A stretch of DNA of 64,000 nt from an uncultured beta proteobacterium (GTDB lineage Bacteria > Pseudomonadota > Gammaproteobacteria > Burkholderiales > Burkholderiaceae_C), in NCBI GenBank assembly GCA_947084805.1, contig CAMTUD010000028.1, forward strand, positions 2,053-66,052, read 5' to 3'. The notes under the pieces are model-generated. The model ran no database searches and was not told the DNA's origin. It saw nothing but the letters and a program-made list of their open reading frames with translations. The position numbers were made by a program, and so were the translations under genes. Below, piece after piece: positions 48,097-58,028 of the stretch (positions within the stretch are counted from its first letter, which is position 1; each line of letters opens with the position of its first letter).

Positions 48097-49409
48097 ACAT
48101 CAGCATTTTTGGCCTCGGCTACGTCGGTGCCGTTTCGCTCGCTTGCCTGGCGCGCGACGGCCACCACGTCATCGGTGTCGACATCGACGAGAACAAGCTC
48201 CGTCTCATTGCCGCGGGCCACACGCCCGTGGTCGAGGAAGGCATGGTCGCGCTGATGCAGCAGGTGGCGGCAAGCGGCCACGTGAGCGTCACCACCGACG
48301 CCGAGGCAGCCGTGCTCGGCAGCGAAATCAGCCTCGTCTGCGTGGGCACCCCCAGCGCGCCCAACGGCAGCCAGGACCAGGGCGCCATCCTCCGTCTGGC
48401 CGAGCACCTCGGGCGCGCACTTGCCAGGAAGACCGTGCCGCATGTCGTCGTGTTTCGCAGCACGCTGGTGCCGGGCACGGTGGAAGGCGTGTTGCGCCCG
48501 ATCGTCGAGCGCGAATCGGGCAAGAAGGACGGCGTCGACTTCCACCTCTGTTTCCAGCCCGAGTTCCTGCGTGAGGGCAGTTCGATCAAGGACTACGACA
48601 AGCCGCCCTTCACCGTCGTGGGCGCCAACGCGGAACCTGCGCACGAGAAACTGCAGGCGCTGTTCGGCCACTTGCCCTGCAAGTACCTGCGGACCTCGGT
48701 GCGCAGCGCCGAGATGATGAAGTACTGCTGCAACAACTTCCACGCGCTGAAGATCACCTTTGCCAACGAGACCGCGCGCCTGTGCGCGGCCCTGGGTGTG
48801 GACCCGTTCGAGGTCATGGACCTGGTGTGCCAGGACACACAGCTCAACATCAGCAAGGCCTATCTCAGGCCGGGCTTCGCGTTTGGCGGCAGTTGCCTGC
48901 CCAAGGACCTGCGGGCCACGGCGTACCTGGCCAAGTCGCACGACGTCGAGATTCCCATGCTGGCCAACATCCTCGCCAGCAACAAGAGCCATCTCGAGGC
49001 GGCCTTCGACAAGGTGGTGGCCACCGGAAAGCGAAAGATCGGCTTCGTCGGCCTGAGCTTCAAGACCGGCACCGACGACCTGCGGGAAAGCCCCCTCGTC
49101 AGCCTGGCCGAGATGCTCATTGGCAAGGGCTATGAATTGCGCATTTACGACCCCGAGGTGCATTTGGCGCGTTTGCTGGGGGCAAACAAGAGCTTCATCG
49201 AGGCGCACTTGCCGCACATCGGGATGATGCTGAGGCCCGAACTTGCCGAGGTGGTCGCGGAGTGCGATGTGCTCGTTCTCGGCAGCAGCAGTCCCACGGT
49301 CATTGGGGCGCTGGCCACGATGGTTCGGCCAGCCCAGGTGGTGCTGGACCTCGTGGGTGTGGCCGCTGAGCCTGTGCTCGGCTCGCAGGTCTTGGGGCTT
49401 TGCTGGTGA
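48093..49409 (+). CDS. GDP-mannose 6-dehydrogenase-like (AlgD-like) nucleotide-sugar dehydrogenase
   Basis: ISIFGLGYVGAV, CVGTPS, PEFLREG, AEMMKY..N.FHA.K.TFANE, RPGFAFGGSCLPKD, FK.GTDDLRESP. Confidence 0.85.
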   Translation: MNISIFGLGYVGAVSLACLARDGHHVIGVDIDENKLRLIAAGHTPVVEEGMVALMQQVAASGHVSVTTDAEAAVLGSEISLVCVGTPSAPNGSQDQGAILRLAEHLGRALARKTVPHVVVFRSTLVPGTVEGVLRPIVERESGKKDGVDFHLCFQPEFLREGSSIKDYDKPPFTVVGANAEPAHEKLQALFGHLPCKYLRTSVRSAEMMKYCCNNFHALKITFANETARLCAALGVDPFEVMDLVCQDTQLNISKAYLRPGFAFGGSCLPKDLRATAYLAKSHDVEIPMLANILASNKSHLEAAFDKVVATGKRKIGFVGLSFKTGTDDLRESPLVSLAEMLIGKGYELRIYDPEVHLARLLGANKSFIEAHLPHIGMMLRPELAEVVAECDVLVLGSSSPTVIGALATMVRPAQVVLDLVGVAAEPVLGSQVLGLCW

Positions 49410-49450
49410 CGTTCCGCCGCCCTTGGGCACGCCGCACAGGATGGCGCGCG

Positions 49451-50455
49451 ATGGGCGCCATCGGGGGCGCGCTGGTCCTTGCGGCGGCGTTGTTGCTGGC
49501 CCCCCACCTGTTCAGCGGGACGGAATTGGTACGGTTGCGGAACGCGCTCTCGCTGGGTCCCGACCTGAGCATGGCCGATGACTGGACCCCGGATCGTTTC
49601 CCGCCGGGTTTCCGGCGCGAACGACTTGTCGACCCCTTCTTCTCCGCCGTGGGCGAGAAGCTCGCGTTGTCGGCAATGCCCGACGACTGGGCGCGCGCAG
49701 TGGCCATCAGCCGCCACCTGCTCAGCAGTGCGCCGCAACTCAACGGTGGCCCGGCCAAGAGCGACCTGCGGCGCACCTACACCATGATCGTGGAACGCGG
49801 CGATGGTTACTGCGGCGACTTCGTGCGTGTGTTCATGGCGACCGCCAACGCGGCGGGCATGACGGTGCGTCCCTGGTCGTTCGCGTTCGATGGTTTCGGC
49901 GGGCATGGGCACATCTGGGCCGAGGTCTGGAACCGGCAGCTGGCGCGCTGGCAACTGCTGGATGTGTTCAACAACCACTACTTCGTCGCGGCCGAAGGGG
50001 TGCCGCTCTCAGCACTCGACGTCAAGCGTGCCCTGGCCACGGGGCACGAGGGCCTGCGCCTGAAGCGACTGGACCCCAGAGCGCGTGCCTACGACATCGA
50101 GGCGAAAGCCTGGGCGTACTACGAACGTGGGCTCACGCAGTGGTACGCGCCCTGGGGCAATGACGTGCAGACGGTTGATGCGGGCTGGCCGACGCGGGTC
50201 TTCAGTGGGGTCTCGCGCGCCCTCGAGCAGGGCGTCTCCATCCTGGCGGGCATGGAGCCGGAAGTCCGCATGCTCGCCGAGCCGGCCAACGCAGCGCAGC
50301 GCGCGGCCATGCGCAGCTTGCGGTCGCGCGTGATCGCTGCGGGCGTGATGGGGGGCGCGGGGTGCGCGCTGCTGCTGGGCGCGCTGCTGTGGCGTGGTCG
50401 AGCGCGGCCCGCCGCCGAGGGCGCCGCCACGGCCGGCCGGGCGGGCGGTCGATGA
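49451..50455 (+). CDS. Membrane-anchored transglutaminase-like protein
   Basis: Cys-His-Asp triad order GYCGDF...GHIWAEVW...WQLLD; hydrophobic helices at both termini. Confidence 0.75.
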   Translation: MGAIGGALVLAAALLLAPHLFSGTELVRLRNALSLGPDLSMADDWTPDRFPPGFRRERLVDPFFSAVGEKLALSAMPDDWARAVAISRHLLSSAPQLNGGPAKSDLRRTYTMIVERGDGYCGDFVRVFMATANAAGMTVRPWSFAFDGFGGHGHIWAEVWNRQLARWQLLDVFNNHYFVAAEGVPLSALDVKRALATGHEGLRLKRLDPRARAYDIEAKAWAYYERGLTQWYAPWGNDVQTVDAGWPTRVFSGVSRALEQGVSILAGMEPEVRMLAEPANAAQRAAMRSLRSRVIAAGVMGGAGCALLLGALLWRGRARPAAEGAATAGRAGGR

Positions 50456-50599
50456 TGGACCACCTGCCCGTGCGGGCACCAGTCGCTTTCGGCGGCGGTT
50501 GCATCAGTCTCGTCCGGGGCGGAGCGGGACGAGGTCCATGGGACCCCGATGCCTACCGTGACCGCGGCGCATGCGTGTCGCCTGCCAGCGAGTGGTGTC

Positions 50600-51955
50600 A
50601 TGCGTGACCTGCTCTTGGTCACCGTGTTCGCGGTGCTGCTGCCCTTTGTGTTCAAGCATCCTGTCGTTGGGGCATACATGTGGGCCTGGCTGGGGCTGAT
50701 GAACCCCCACAAGTTGACCTACGGCTTTGCCTTCTCATTGCCGTTTGCTCAGATCGTGGCCTTGGTCACCCTGGTCTCGTTCGTCGCCACGCGCAAACGC
50801 CAGCCCTTGCCGTCATCAGGCTTGGTCTGGGTGCTGCTGTTCATGTTCGCATGGATGACATTCACCAGTTTCTTCGCGATCGCCGACACGAGGCTCGTGC
50901 TGGACCGTTGGCTGCAATCGGCCAAGATCATCTTCATGCTTCTCGTCACATGGATGTTGGTCGTTGACGCCAAGCAATTGCGCGTCCTCGTGTGGGTGGT
51001 CACCCTCTCGGTCGTCTTTTATGGTGTCAAGGGCGGCATCTATACCTTGATGACTGGCGGGGGTGGGCGAGTTCACGGGCCCGGCGGCGGCATGCTGGAG
51101 GACAACAATGCGCTCGCGATCGGCTTGGTCATGCTGATGCCGATGCTGTATTTCCTGCGTGAAACGGAAGCCAGGCGTTGGGTCCGATTGGCGTTGCTGT
51201 TTGCGATGGTGACAACTGCCTTTTCCATCTTGGGCAGTCAGTCGCGTGGCGCGTTGCTCGCGACTTTGTCGATTGCGTTCTTCCTAGGGCTGAAGGGCCA
51301 GCATCCCGTGAGAACGAGTCTCGGCCTGGCTGTGGTCGTGGTCGTTGCGGTGACGTTCATGCCCGATTCGTGGACCAACCGCATGGAGACCATCCAGACC
51401 TACCAAGAGGACGGCTCCGCGATGTCGCGCATCTGGACCTGGCACACGCTGTGGAACGTGGCAGTGGACCGCCCGTTGGGCGCAGGCTTTGTTGCCGACA
51501 ATGACGCGGTGTTCAGCCGTTATGCACCGCTGGACGGCGCCTATGCCATCTTCGCCGGGCGGGCCTATGTCGCGCACAGCATCTATTTCCAGATGCTCGG
51601 CGAGCACGGCTTCGTGGGGCTGGGCCTGTTCCTGACGCTCGGCGCCATGACCTGGTTCAGCGCAGCTCGGGTGGCCCGGCAATCGCGCGACGACCCGGAG
51701 TTCGGAAGCTGGATGCCGAACTTGATGCGCATGGTCCAGGTCAGCCTCGTGGGCTATGCCGTCGGCGGGGCCTTCCTGAGCCTGGCCTACCTCGACCTGC
51801 CGTACTACATCATGGGTTTCGTCGTGCTCTCGGAGGCGCTGCTGCGTCGCCGCTCCGCGCAAGCTGCTTTCGCGCCGAACCGGTTCTCGACTTCCGCCGC
51901 GGCCGGCGGCGCCGTGGCCAGCTCTGGGCAGGGGCCCCGCGTGAACCCGAAATGA
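50600..51955 (+). CDS. Putative O-glycosylation ligase/Wzy-like protein, exosortase A-associated
   Basis: MRDLLL, MNPH, DNN, SRGA, AHSIYFQ.LGEHG motifs; multi-TM. Confidence 0.9.
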   Translation: MRDLLLVTVFAVLLPFVFKHPVVGAYMWAWLGLMNPHKLTYGFAFSLPFAQIVALVTLVSFVATRKRQPLPSSGLVWVLLFMFAWMTFTSFFAIADTRLVLDRWLQSAKIIFMLLVTWMLVVDAKQLRVLVWVVTLSVVFYGVKGGIYTLMTGGGGRVHGPGGGMLEDNNALAIGLVMLMPMLYFLRETEARRWVRLALLFAMVTTAFSILGSQSRGALLATLSIAFFLGLKGQHPVRTSLGLAVVVVVAVTFMPDSWTNRMETIQTYQEDGSAMSRIWTWHTLWNVAVDRPLGAGFVADNDAVFSRYAPLDGAYAIFAGRAYVAHSIYFQMLGEHGFVGLGLFLTLGAMTWFSAARVARQSRDDPEFGSWMPNLMRMVQVSLVGYAVGGAFLSLAYLDLPYYIMGFVVLSEALLRRRSAQAAFAPNRFSTSAAAGGAVASSGQGPRVNPK

Positions 51956-52953
51956 GCACGGCCGACTCTTGGCTCACACGCGCGGCTGGCTGGTGTGCCT
52001 CTGCTGCCGATGGTTTGACCGGAACCCGCCTGTCCACGCTGATCTTCCATCGCGTGCTGGCAGCGCCAGACCCCCTTTTTCCGGAAGAGGTGGACGCCGC
52101 CCGCTTCGAGAAGATGGTGCGGCTCGTCGCGCGCGGCTTCACGGTCTTGCCGCTGGGTGAGGCCGTCGCGCGCCGCGCGGCTGGAGATCTGCCTGCGCGC
52201 GCACTGACCATCACCTTCGATGATGGCTATGCCGACAATGCGGAGGTGGCCCTGCCCATCCTGCAGCGTCATGGCCTGAGCGCCACTTTCTTCATCACGA
52301 CGGGCTTCCTCGACGGGGGTCGGATGTTCAACGACACCGTGATCGAGTGTCTGCGCGCGGCCCGCGTCGAGCGTATCGACCTGACCCGCTGGGGCCTCGG
52401 CTCGCGCCCGCTGACCAGCGCCCTGGAGCGACGGTCGGTGATCAACGCCTTGCTGCCCAAAGCGAAGTACCTTCCCTTGGAAGAGCGAGAACAGTTCCTG
52501 GCGCAGCTGATCGAGGCCGCTGGCAACCCGACCCTGCCGACGAACCTCATGATGCGTTCTGACCAGGTCAAGCAGCTGCACCATGCCGGCATGGAAATCG
52601 GCGGGCACACGGTGCGGCATCCCATCCTCCGCCTGCTGCCCGACAGCGAGGCCGAGGCCGAGATCGCCGAGGGGCGCTCGCGCCTGCAGCAACTCACCGG
52701 CGCGCCCGTGGATGTGTTTGCCTACCCGAACGGCCGCCCCATGCAGGACTATGACGCCCGCCACGTCGCCATGGTGCGCAGGCTGGGCTTTCGCGGCGCG
52801 GTGAGCACGGCGCAAGGCGTGGCAAGCTCGAAGGCCGACCCGTTTCAGCTGCCTCGATTCACGCCCTGGGACCGCAATGGGGCGCGGTGGCTCGGGCGCC
52901 TGATGCACGCACGGATCACGGGCTCCCATTACGACCAAGTCACCGCGGCCTAG
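51952..52953 (+). CDS. Polysaccharide deacetylase (NodB/CE4)
   Basis: LIFHRV, TFDDGY, GGHT.RHP, FAYPNG. Confidence 0.92.
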   Translation: MSTADSWLTRAAGWCASAADGLTGTRLSTLIFHRVLAAPDPLFPEEVDAARFEKMVRLVARGFTVLPLGEAVARRAAGDLPARALTITFDDGYADNAEVALPILQRHGLSATFFITTGFLDGGRMFNDTVIECLRAARVERIDLTRWGLGSRPLTSALERRSVINALLPKAKYLPLEEREQFLAQLIEAAGNPTLPTNLMMRSDQVKQLHHAGMEIGGHTVRHPILRLLPDSEAEAEIAEGRSRLQQLTGAPVDVFAYPNGRPMQDYDARHVAMVRRLGFRGAVSTAQGVASSKADPFQLPRFTPWDRNGARWLGRLMHARITGSHYDQVTAA

Positions 52954-52973
52954 ACGCCGCCGATCGTTGAAGC

Positions 52974-54128
52974 ATGTCCGAGATCCCGATACAGCTCACC
53001 CGCATGGCGGTCGCCGCCACCCAGGAGCCACTGCCGCCGGTGCTCTTCGCCGGGCCATTGCCGCCGGCGGTCGGTGGCATGGCGACCATCATCGGCGACC
53101 TGGCCCAGTCCAGCCTCGCGGGGCGAGTCGACCTGCGGCAGTTCAATACGGGCAAGACGACCCCGCCGGGCCGCCCGCTGTGGCGCGGCATCTGGGCCCG
53201 CCTGACGCTGCTGGGTCGGTGGTGGCAAGCGGTGGGGGCAGTGCCGCGGCCACTGGTGCACATTCACACCTGCAGTGGCTTCAGCTACTTCATGGACAGC
53301 GTCTTGCTGTGGCTGGCGTCATGGCGTGGTTGCGTCACCGTGCTGCACATCCACGGCGCGCGCTTCGACGAGTTTCTGGCGGGCTTGCCGCCGCCGCTGA
53401 AGTGGTTTGCGCAGGGCGTGGCCCGGCGTGCCGACCGGGTGGTGGTGCTGTCGCCAGAGTGGCGGGAGAAGCTGGCAGGCCCCCTGAAAGGGGCCCGCCT
53501 GACCATCGTTCGCAACGGCGTGCCGCCCGCGGTGCCTGAAGCGGAAGCCGCCACGCCGCACGAGCGCTTCACACTGCTGTTTCTCGGCAACCTGAGCCGT
53601 CGCAAGGGCGTACTGGAACTGGTTGAGGCGCTGTCGGGCCTGCCTGAGAACGTGCATCTCGACCTCGCAGGTGGGGAAGACGACATCGGCATTGCCCGCG
53701 AGATCGAGGCCTTGGCGGCCGCGCGCGGCCTGCAGGCGCGCGTCAAGTTGCTGGGACCGGTGCGCGGCCCAGCCAAGCAGGCCTGCTGGAGAGCGGCCGA
53801 TGCATTCGTGCTGCCCTCCCATGCCGAGGGCGTGCCGATCGCCATGCTTGAAGCCATGTCGGCCGGGCTGCCGGTGGTGGCCACCTCGGTCGGAGGCATC
53901 CCCACGGTGATCCAAGACCGTGTCAACGGTCGTTTGGTGATGCCTGGCGACGTGGCGGGCCTGCACGCCGCCTTGGCCGAACTGGTCGCAGACCCCGACC
54001 TCCGGGTCGCGCTCGGCCAGGCAGCGCAACGGCGCTGGCGCGATCAATTCAGCATCGAACACACGGTGGCCGAACTGCTGCAGCTCTATGCGGTGCTGCG
54101 ATGTGAAGGCAGGCCGGACCGAACCTAG
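52974..54128 (+). CDS. GT4 glycosyltransferase
   Basis: GP.PP..GG, HIHG, RKG, EGVPIAMLEAM. Confidence 0.9.
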   Translation: MSEIPIQLTRMAVAATQEPLPPVLFAGPLPPAVGGMATIIGDLAQSSLAGRVDLRQFNTGKTTPPGRPLWRGIWARLTLLGRWWQAVGAVPRPLVHIHTCSGFSYFMDSVLLWLASWRGCVTVLHIHGARFDEFLAGLPPPLKWFAQGVARRADRVVVLSPEWREKLAGPLKGARLTIVRNGVPPAVPEAEAATPHERFTLLFLGNLSRRKGVLELVEALSGLPENVHLDLAGGEDDIGIAREIEALAAARGLQARVKLLGPVRGPAKQACWRAADAFVLPSHAEGVPIAMLEAMSAGLPVVATSVGGIPTVIQDRVNGRLVMPGDVAGLHAALAELVADPDLRVALGQAAQRRWRDQFSIEHTVAELLQLYAVLRCEGRPDRT

Positions 54129-55366
54129 ACAAGCACCTCGGCGCAGCCTGCGTGGCCCAGGAAAGCCTGCGGACTGGCACTGGCCCCGTAGGCGCCCGAC
54201 TGGAACACGACGGCAAGGTCGCCCACCTGGGCCACGGGCAGGTCCATGCGATCGGCGAGCAAGTCCAGGGGCGTGCACAGCGGCCCGACCAGGGAAGCCA
54301 CTTCACGGGGCCCATCGCCGGCGCGATTGCCGATGGTCACCGGGTAATTCTTGCGCAGCACCTGGCCGAAGTTGCCGCTGGCCGCGAGGTGGTGGTTGAG
54401 CCCGCCATCGGCCACGAGGAAGACCTGCCCGCGCGAGACCTTGCGGTCGGTGATGCGAGTGACGTAGACCCCTGCCTCGCCCACCATGTAGCGGCCGAGT
54501 TCGATCACGAAACTCGCCAAGGGCATGTCGGCCTTGGCACGGTGCTGCAGCGCGGCCAGATTGGCGCCGATGGGCGCCAGGTCCAGCCGTTGCTCGCCGG
54601 GGAAGTAGGGGATGCCGAAGCCACCGCCCAGGTTGAGGAACCTCACGGGTGTCCTAGCATGCTCGGCGAGCCGCACCGCCAACTCGTAGCTCTTGAGCTG
54701 TGCTTCGCAGATGCTTTCGGAGCGCAGGTTCTGTGAACCAGCGAACAGGTGGAAGCCCTCGAAGGCCAGGCCCTCGCGCCCAAGCCACTGCAGCATGTCG
54801 GGCACCGCCTCGACGTCGATGCCGAACTGCTTGGGCCCGCCGCCCATCTTCATGCCCGAGCCCTTGAGCTCGAAGTCCGGGTTGACGCGGATGGCGACGC
54901 GTGCCGCAAGCCCCAGGGCCTGCGAGGCCGCGGCCAGCACCGGCAGTTCGCGCATCGACTCCACGTTCACCAGCACACCGCTGGCGACCGCCTGCCGCAG
55001 TTCGGCATCGCGCTTGCCAGGGCCTGCAAAGCTGACCTCGGCGGGGTCGGCGCCGGCGTCCAGTGCCATCTTCAGTTCGCCTGCCGATGCCACATCGATG
55101 CCGTCCACGAGTGTGGCCATCAAGCCCACCAGCACCGGCATGGGGTTCGCCTTCATCGCGTAGTGCAGCTTCACGCCTGCGGGCAGCGCAGTGCGAAGCT
55201 GCGCTGCGCGCGCACGCAACAGGCTTCGGTCGTAGGCGAAGAACGGCGTCTGGCCCACGCGGGCCGCCAGTTGCGTGATCTTCATGCCGCCGACCACCAG
55301 TTCGCCGTCGTGAACGGCGAACTGATCCATGGGCTCGTGTCTGGGTCTGGCAGGTGCTTCGCTCAT
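54125..55366 (-). CDS. PLP-dependent decarboxylase (group IV), exosortase A-associated
   Basis: YAMKAN (PLP Lys), DVASAGE, H.FAGSQ, NLGGGFG, ELGRY, GPLCTPLD, GAYG. Confidence 0.93.
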   Translation of the reverse strand: MSEAPARPRHEPMDQFAVHDGELVVGGMKITQLAARVGQTPFFAYDRSLLRARAAQLRTALPAGVKLHYAMKANPMPVLVGLMATLVDGIDVASAGELKMALDAGADPAEVSFAGPGKRDAELRQAVASGVLVNVESMRELPVLAAASQALGLAARVAIRVNPDFELKGSGMKMGGGPKQFGIDVEAVPDMLQWLGREGLAFEGFHLFAGSQNLRSESICEAQLKSYELAVRLAEHARTPVRFLNLGGGFGIPYFPGEQRLDLAPIGANLAALQHRAKADMPLASFVIELGRYMVGEAGVYVTRITDRKVSRGQVFLVADGGLNHHLAASGNFGQVLRKNYPVTIGNRAGDGPREVASLVGPLCTPLDLLADRMDLPVAQVGDLAVVFQSGAYGASASPQAFLGHAGCAEVLV

Positions 55367-55385
55367 CGGTGCATGCCGCCGCAGT

Positions 55386-57002
55386 TCAGCGCGGCTCGTC
55401 GGTGGTCTGGTGGGCTTCCACCCAGCGGGTGGCCAGCAGCTTGCGGTCGATCTTGCCGTTGGGGTTGCGCGGCAGCGGCCCGGCCATCGGTTCGATGCCG
55501 TGCGGCACCATGTAGGCGGGCATCACGCGGCGGCACTCTGCCAGCAGTCGGTCGACTGCCAAGGACGAGCTGCCATCGGGCGCGGTGGCGATCACCTGGA
55601 TCGCCTGGCCGAGCGTCGGATGATCCACCCCGAAGGCGACACACTCGCCCACGAGCTGGGTGCTGTAAAGCATCTCTTCCACTTCGGTGGGGCTGACGCG
55701 GTAGCCCGACGTCTTCATCATCTCGTCGCGCCGGCCGATGAAGTAGAAGAAACCCTCTTCGTCGCGCCTGACGGTATCGCCGCTGAAGACGGCAATCTCC
55801 GGCAGTTGCAGGCCGCTGTCTCGCGCGGCCACACCAGCGGGCAAGGGCTTGTAGCGTTCGGCCGTCTTTTCGGCATCGCCCCAGTAGCCCAGCCCGACCA
55901 GCGCGCCCCGGTGAACCAGCTCGCCGGGCTCGCCGGGGTCACATTCAGTGCCATCTGGCCGCAGCACCAGGATCTCGGCATTGGGGATGGCCTTGCCGAT
56001 GCTGTCGGGTCTGCGGTCAACTTCCTCGGGCGGCAGGTAGGTGCTGCGAAACGCCTCCGTCAGGCCGTACATCAGGAAAGGCTTGGCCGCGGGCACACGC
56101 TGGCGCAGTGCGGTGAGTGTCTCGCGGGGCATACGCCCGCCCGTGTTGGCGAAGTAGCGCAGGTGCTCCCCGATGGAGGCCGGCCATTCGAGTGACGAGA
56201 GCTGAATGTAGAGCGGCGGCACCGCCGTCAGCCCGGTCACGCGCTCGCGCGTCATGGCCTTGAGCACGTCGCGCGGCAGCAGGAAATTCAGCAGCACCAC
56301 CCGCGCGCCGGTGTGAAAGGCCGTGGTGAGTTGGCTGAAACCGGCATCGAAGGACAGGGGCAGGGCGGCCAGCAGCGTGTCACCGGCATGGTTGCCAAGA
56401 TAACCCGCCACGCTCTTGGCGCCCGTGACCATGTTGCGGTGAGACAGCACCACCCCTTTGGGCCGCCCCGTGCTGCCGCTGGTATACAGGATGGACAGCG
56501 TGTCGGCGTCGACGGTCCGATGGCCCGCCTTCGGCGGCGCGCCGATGAGGGCGCTCCACGACAACGCGTTCAGGGGCGTGGCCAGGTTTCCAGTGTCGGT
56601 GGTGAGCACCAGGTGCCGCAGCTGCGGGCAGGTCTTCAGCGCGTCGGCAAGCAGGGCCAGGCGTTCCGACGAGGTCACCAGCACCTGGACGCCGCAGTCG
56701 GCCAGGATGTAGGCCACCTGGTCAGGCTTCAGCAGCGGGTTGATGGGCACGAACACCAGGCCCGCGGCAGCACTGCCGAAGCACGAGGCCACCATCTCCG
56801 GGCTCTTCTCCAGGTAGACGCCCACCCTTGCTGCGCGCTTCAGGCCCAGCCCCATCAGGCCGGAGGCGAACCCGTCGACGAGAGTCTGCAACTCGGAATA
56901 GCTGAGATGACGCTCGCCGTGGCTGAGTGCCTTCGCATCGGGCTGACGCCACGCGGCACAGCGGATCAGTTCGTGCAGGAGAACACTGTCAGGCTCGGCC
57001 AT
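55386..57002 (-). CDS. AMP-forming acyl ligase, exosortase A-associated
   Basis: YTSGSTGRPKG, LSFDAGFSQ, MYGLTEAFRS, SGD, GRRD, NGKIDR. Confidence 0.93.
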   Translation of the reverse strand: MAEPDSVLLHELIRCAAWRQPDAKALSHGERHLSYSELQTLVDGFASGLMGLGLKRAARVGVYLEKSPEMVASCFGSAAAGLVFVPINPLLKPDQVAYILADCGVQVLVTSSERLALLADALKTCPQLRHLVLTTDTGNLATPLNALSWSALIGAPPKAGHRTVDADTLSILYTSGSTGRPKGVVLSHRNMVTGAKSVAGYLGNHAGDTLLAALPLSFDAGFSQLTTAFHTGARVVLLNFLLPRDVLKAMTRERVTGLTAVPPLYIQLSSLEWPASIGEHLRYFANTGGRMPRETLTALRQRVPAAKPFLMYGLTEAFRSTYLPPEEVDRRPDSIGKAIPNAEILVLRPDGTECDPGEPGELVHRGALVGLGYWGDAEKTAERYKPLPAGVAARDSGLQLPEIAVFSGDTVRRDEEGFFYFIGRRDEMMKTSGYRVSPTEVEEMLYSTQLVGECVAFGVDHPTLGQAIQVIATAPDGSSSLAVDRLLAECRRVMPAYMVPHGIEPMAGPLPRNPNGKIDRKLLATRWVEAHQTTDEPR

Positions 57003-57227
57003 GAAACGAAGGTTGCACCAGGGAAGGGGCCAGTGTATGCCGCAGCCCTGTGGGGCCGGGGCGCGAACCGACCGCGCAGGGCGAGCGCGCGTGACGTTTT
57101 GGGCTCAACACATCGCCGTGCACATGGGCCCCGCACGGGCCGAGCAAGGTCGCCGGCCTAGAATTCGGAGTGGACTGCATGCGCTTAGGGCGACGTGCTG
57201 CCAGGGCACGGTGATGGCGAGGCGGTG

Positions 57228-57917
57228 ATGGAGTTCCTGAAGGTCGTGCGGTCGATGGCGGCCGAGTTGGGCTGGCCCGTGGCCATGATGTTCGTTTGCC
57301 ACCGGGTGCTGGAAACCGTGAGTGGCTCTCGGGCCCGACTGCTGCCCTACGTGTTCGTCGCGCAGCCCTTTGGCCAGGAGACTGCGGCGCTGCGCCCCGA
57401 TGCTGCCGTGTGGGTGGGCCGATTGCTCGCCGGCGATGAATTGGTGGCGCAGATTCCGCGCGCCCCGGAAGTTTTGTCGGCGCGGTGGGATGCCGGCAAC
57501 CTCTGCTACGCGGCCAGCGTGGGTGGCGTCCTTGCCGGACAGATCTGGCTGCAGCGGGGCACGGTCGACGACGACGAGGTCCGTTGCCGATACCGACTGC
57601 CCGCCGCCACTGCCGTGTGGGACTTTGACCTCTGGGTTGCGCCGCGCTTTCGACTCGGCAGAACCATGGCACGCCTGTGGCGCCACGTCGACGTGGCCAT
57701 GCTCACCGAGGGCGTGCAATGGTCGTTCAGTCGCATTTCCATGTACAACTCGGGCTCGATCAAGTCGCATGCCCGCTTGGGCGCCACGCCGACCAGGCGC
57801 GCCGTGTTCCTTCTGCTGGGGCCGCTTCAGGTCATGTGGAGCGACGGCCGACCCCGTCTGGCGGTGTCCTGGGGCCTGCGTGGCAGGCCGACGCTGGACC
57901 TGACGCCACCCCGCTGA
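57228..57917 (+). CDS. GNAT-like hypothetical protein
   Basis: WDFDLWVAPRFRLGR (motif A-like) and N.GSIKSH.RLG (motif B-like); RBS GAGG upstream. Confidence 0.65.
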   Translation: MEFLKVVRSMAAELGWPVAMMFVCHRVLETVSGSRARLLPYVFVAQPFGQETAALRPDAAVWVGRLLAGDELVAQIPRAPEVLSARWDAGNLCYAASVGGVLAGQIWLQRGTVDDDEVRCRYRLPAATAVWDFDLWVAPRFRLGRTMARLWRHVDVAMLTEGVQWSFSRISMYNSGSIKSHARLGATPTRRAVFLLLGPLQVMWSDGRPRLAVSWGLRGRPTLDLTPPR

Positions 57918-58028
57918 GCAAGCCGGGCGCAAGTCCTCTCGCCGGGCGGCTGCAGGTGTGAAGTCGGACCGGCTCGCGGGGCTGCCGCTGCCTATACTCG
58001 CCGGCTCGAAACGATTGCAGGCTTCTTC

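Noticed and set aside
43634..49430. 977-aa and 565-aa minus-strand ORFs
   Set aside because: Antisense shadows of the GT4, asnB and dehydrogenase genes.
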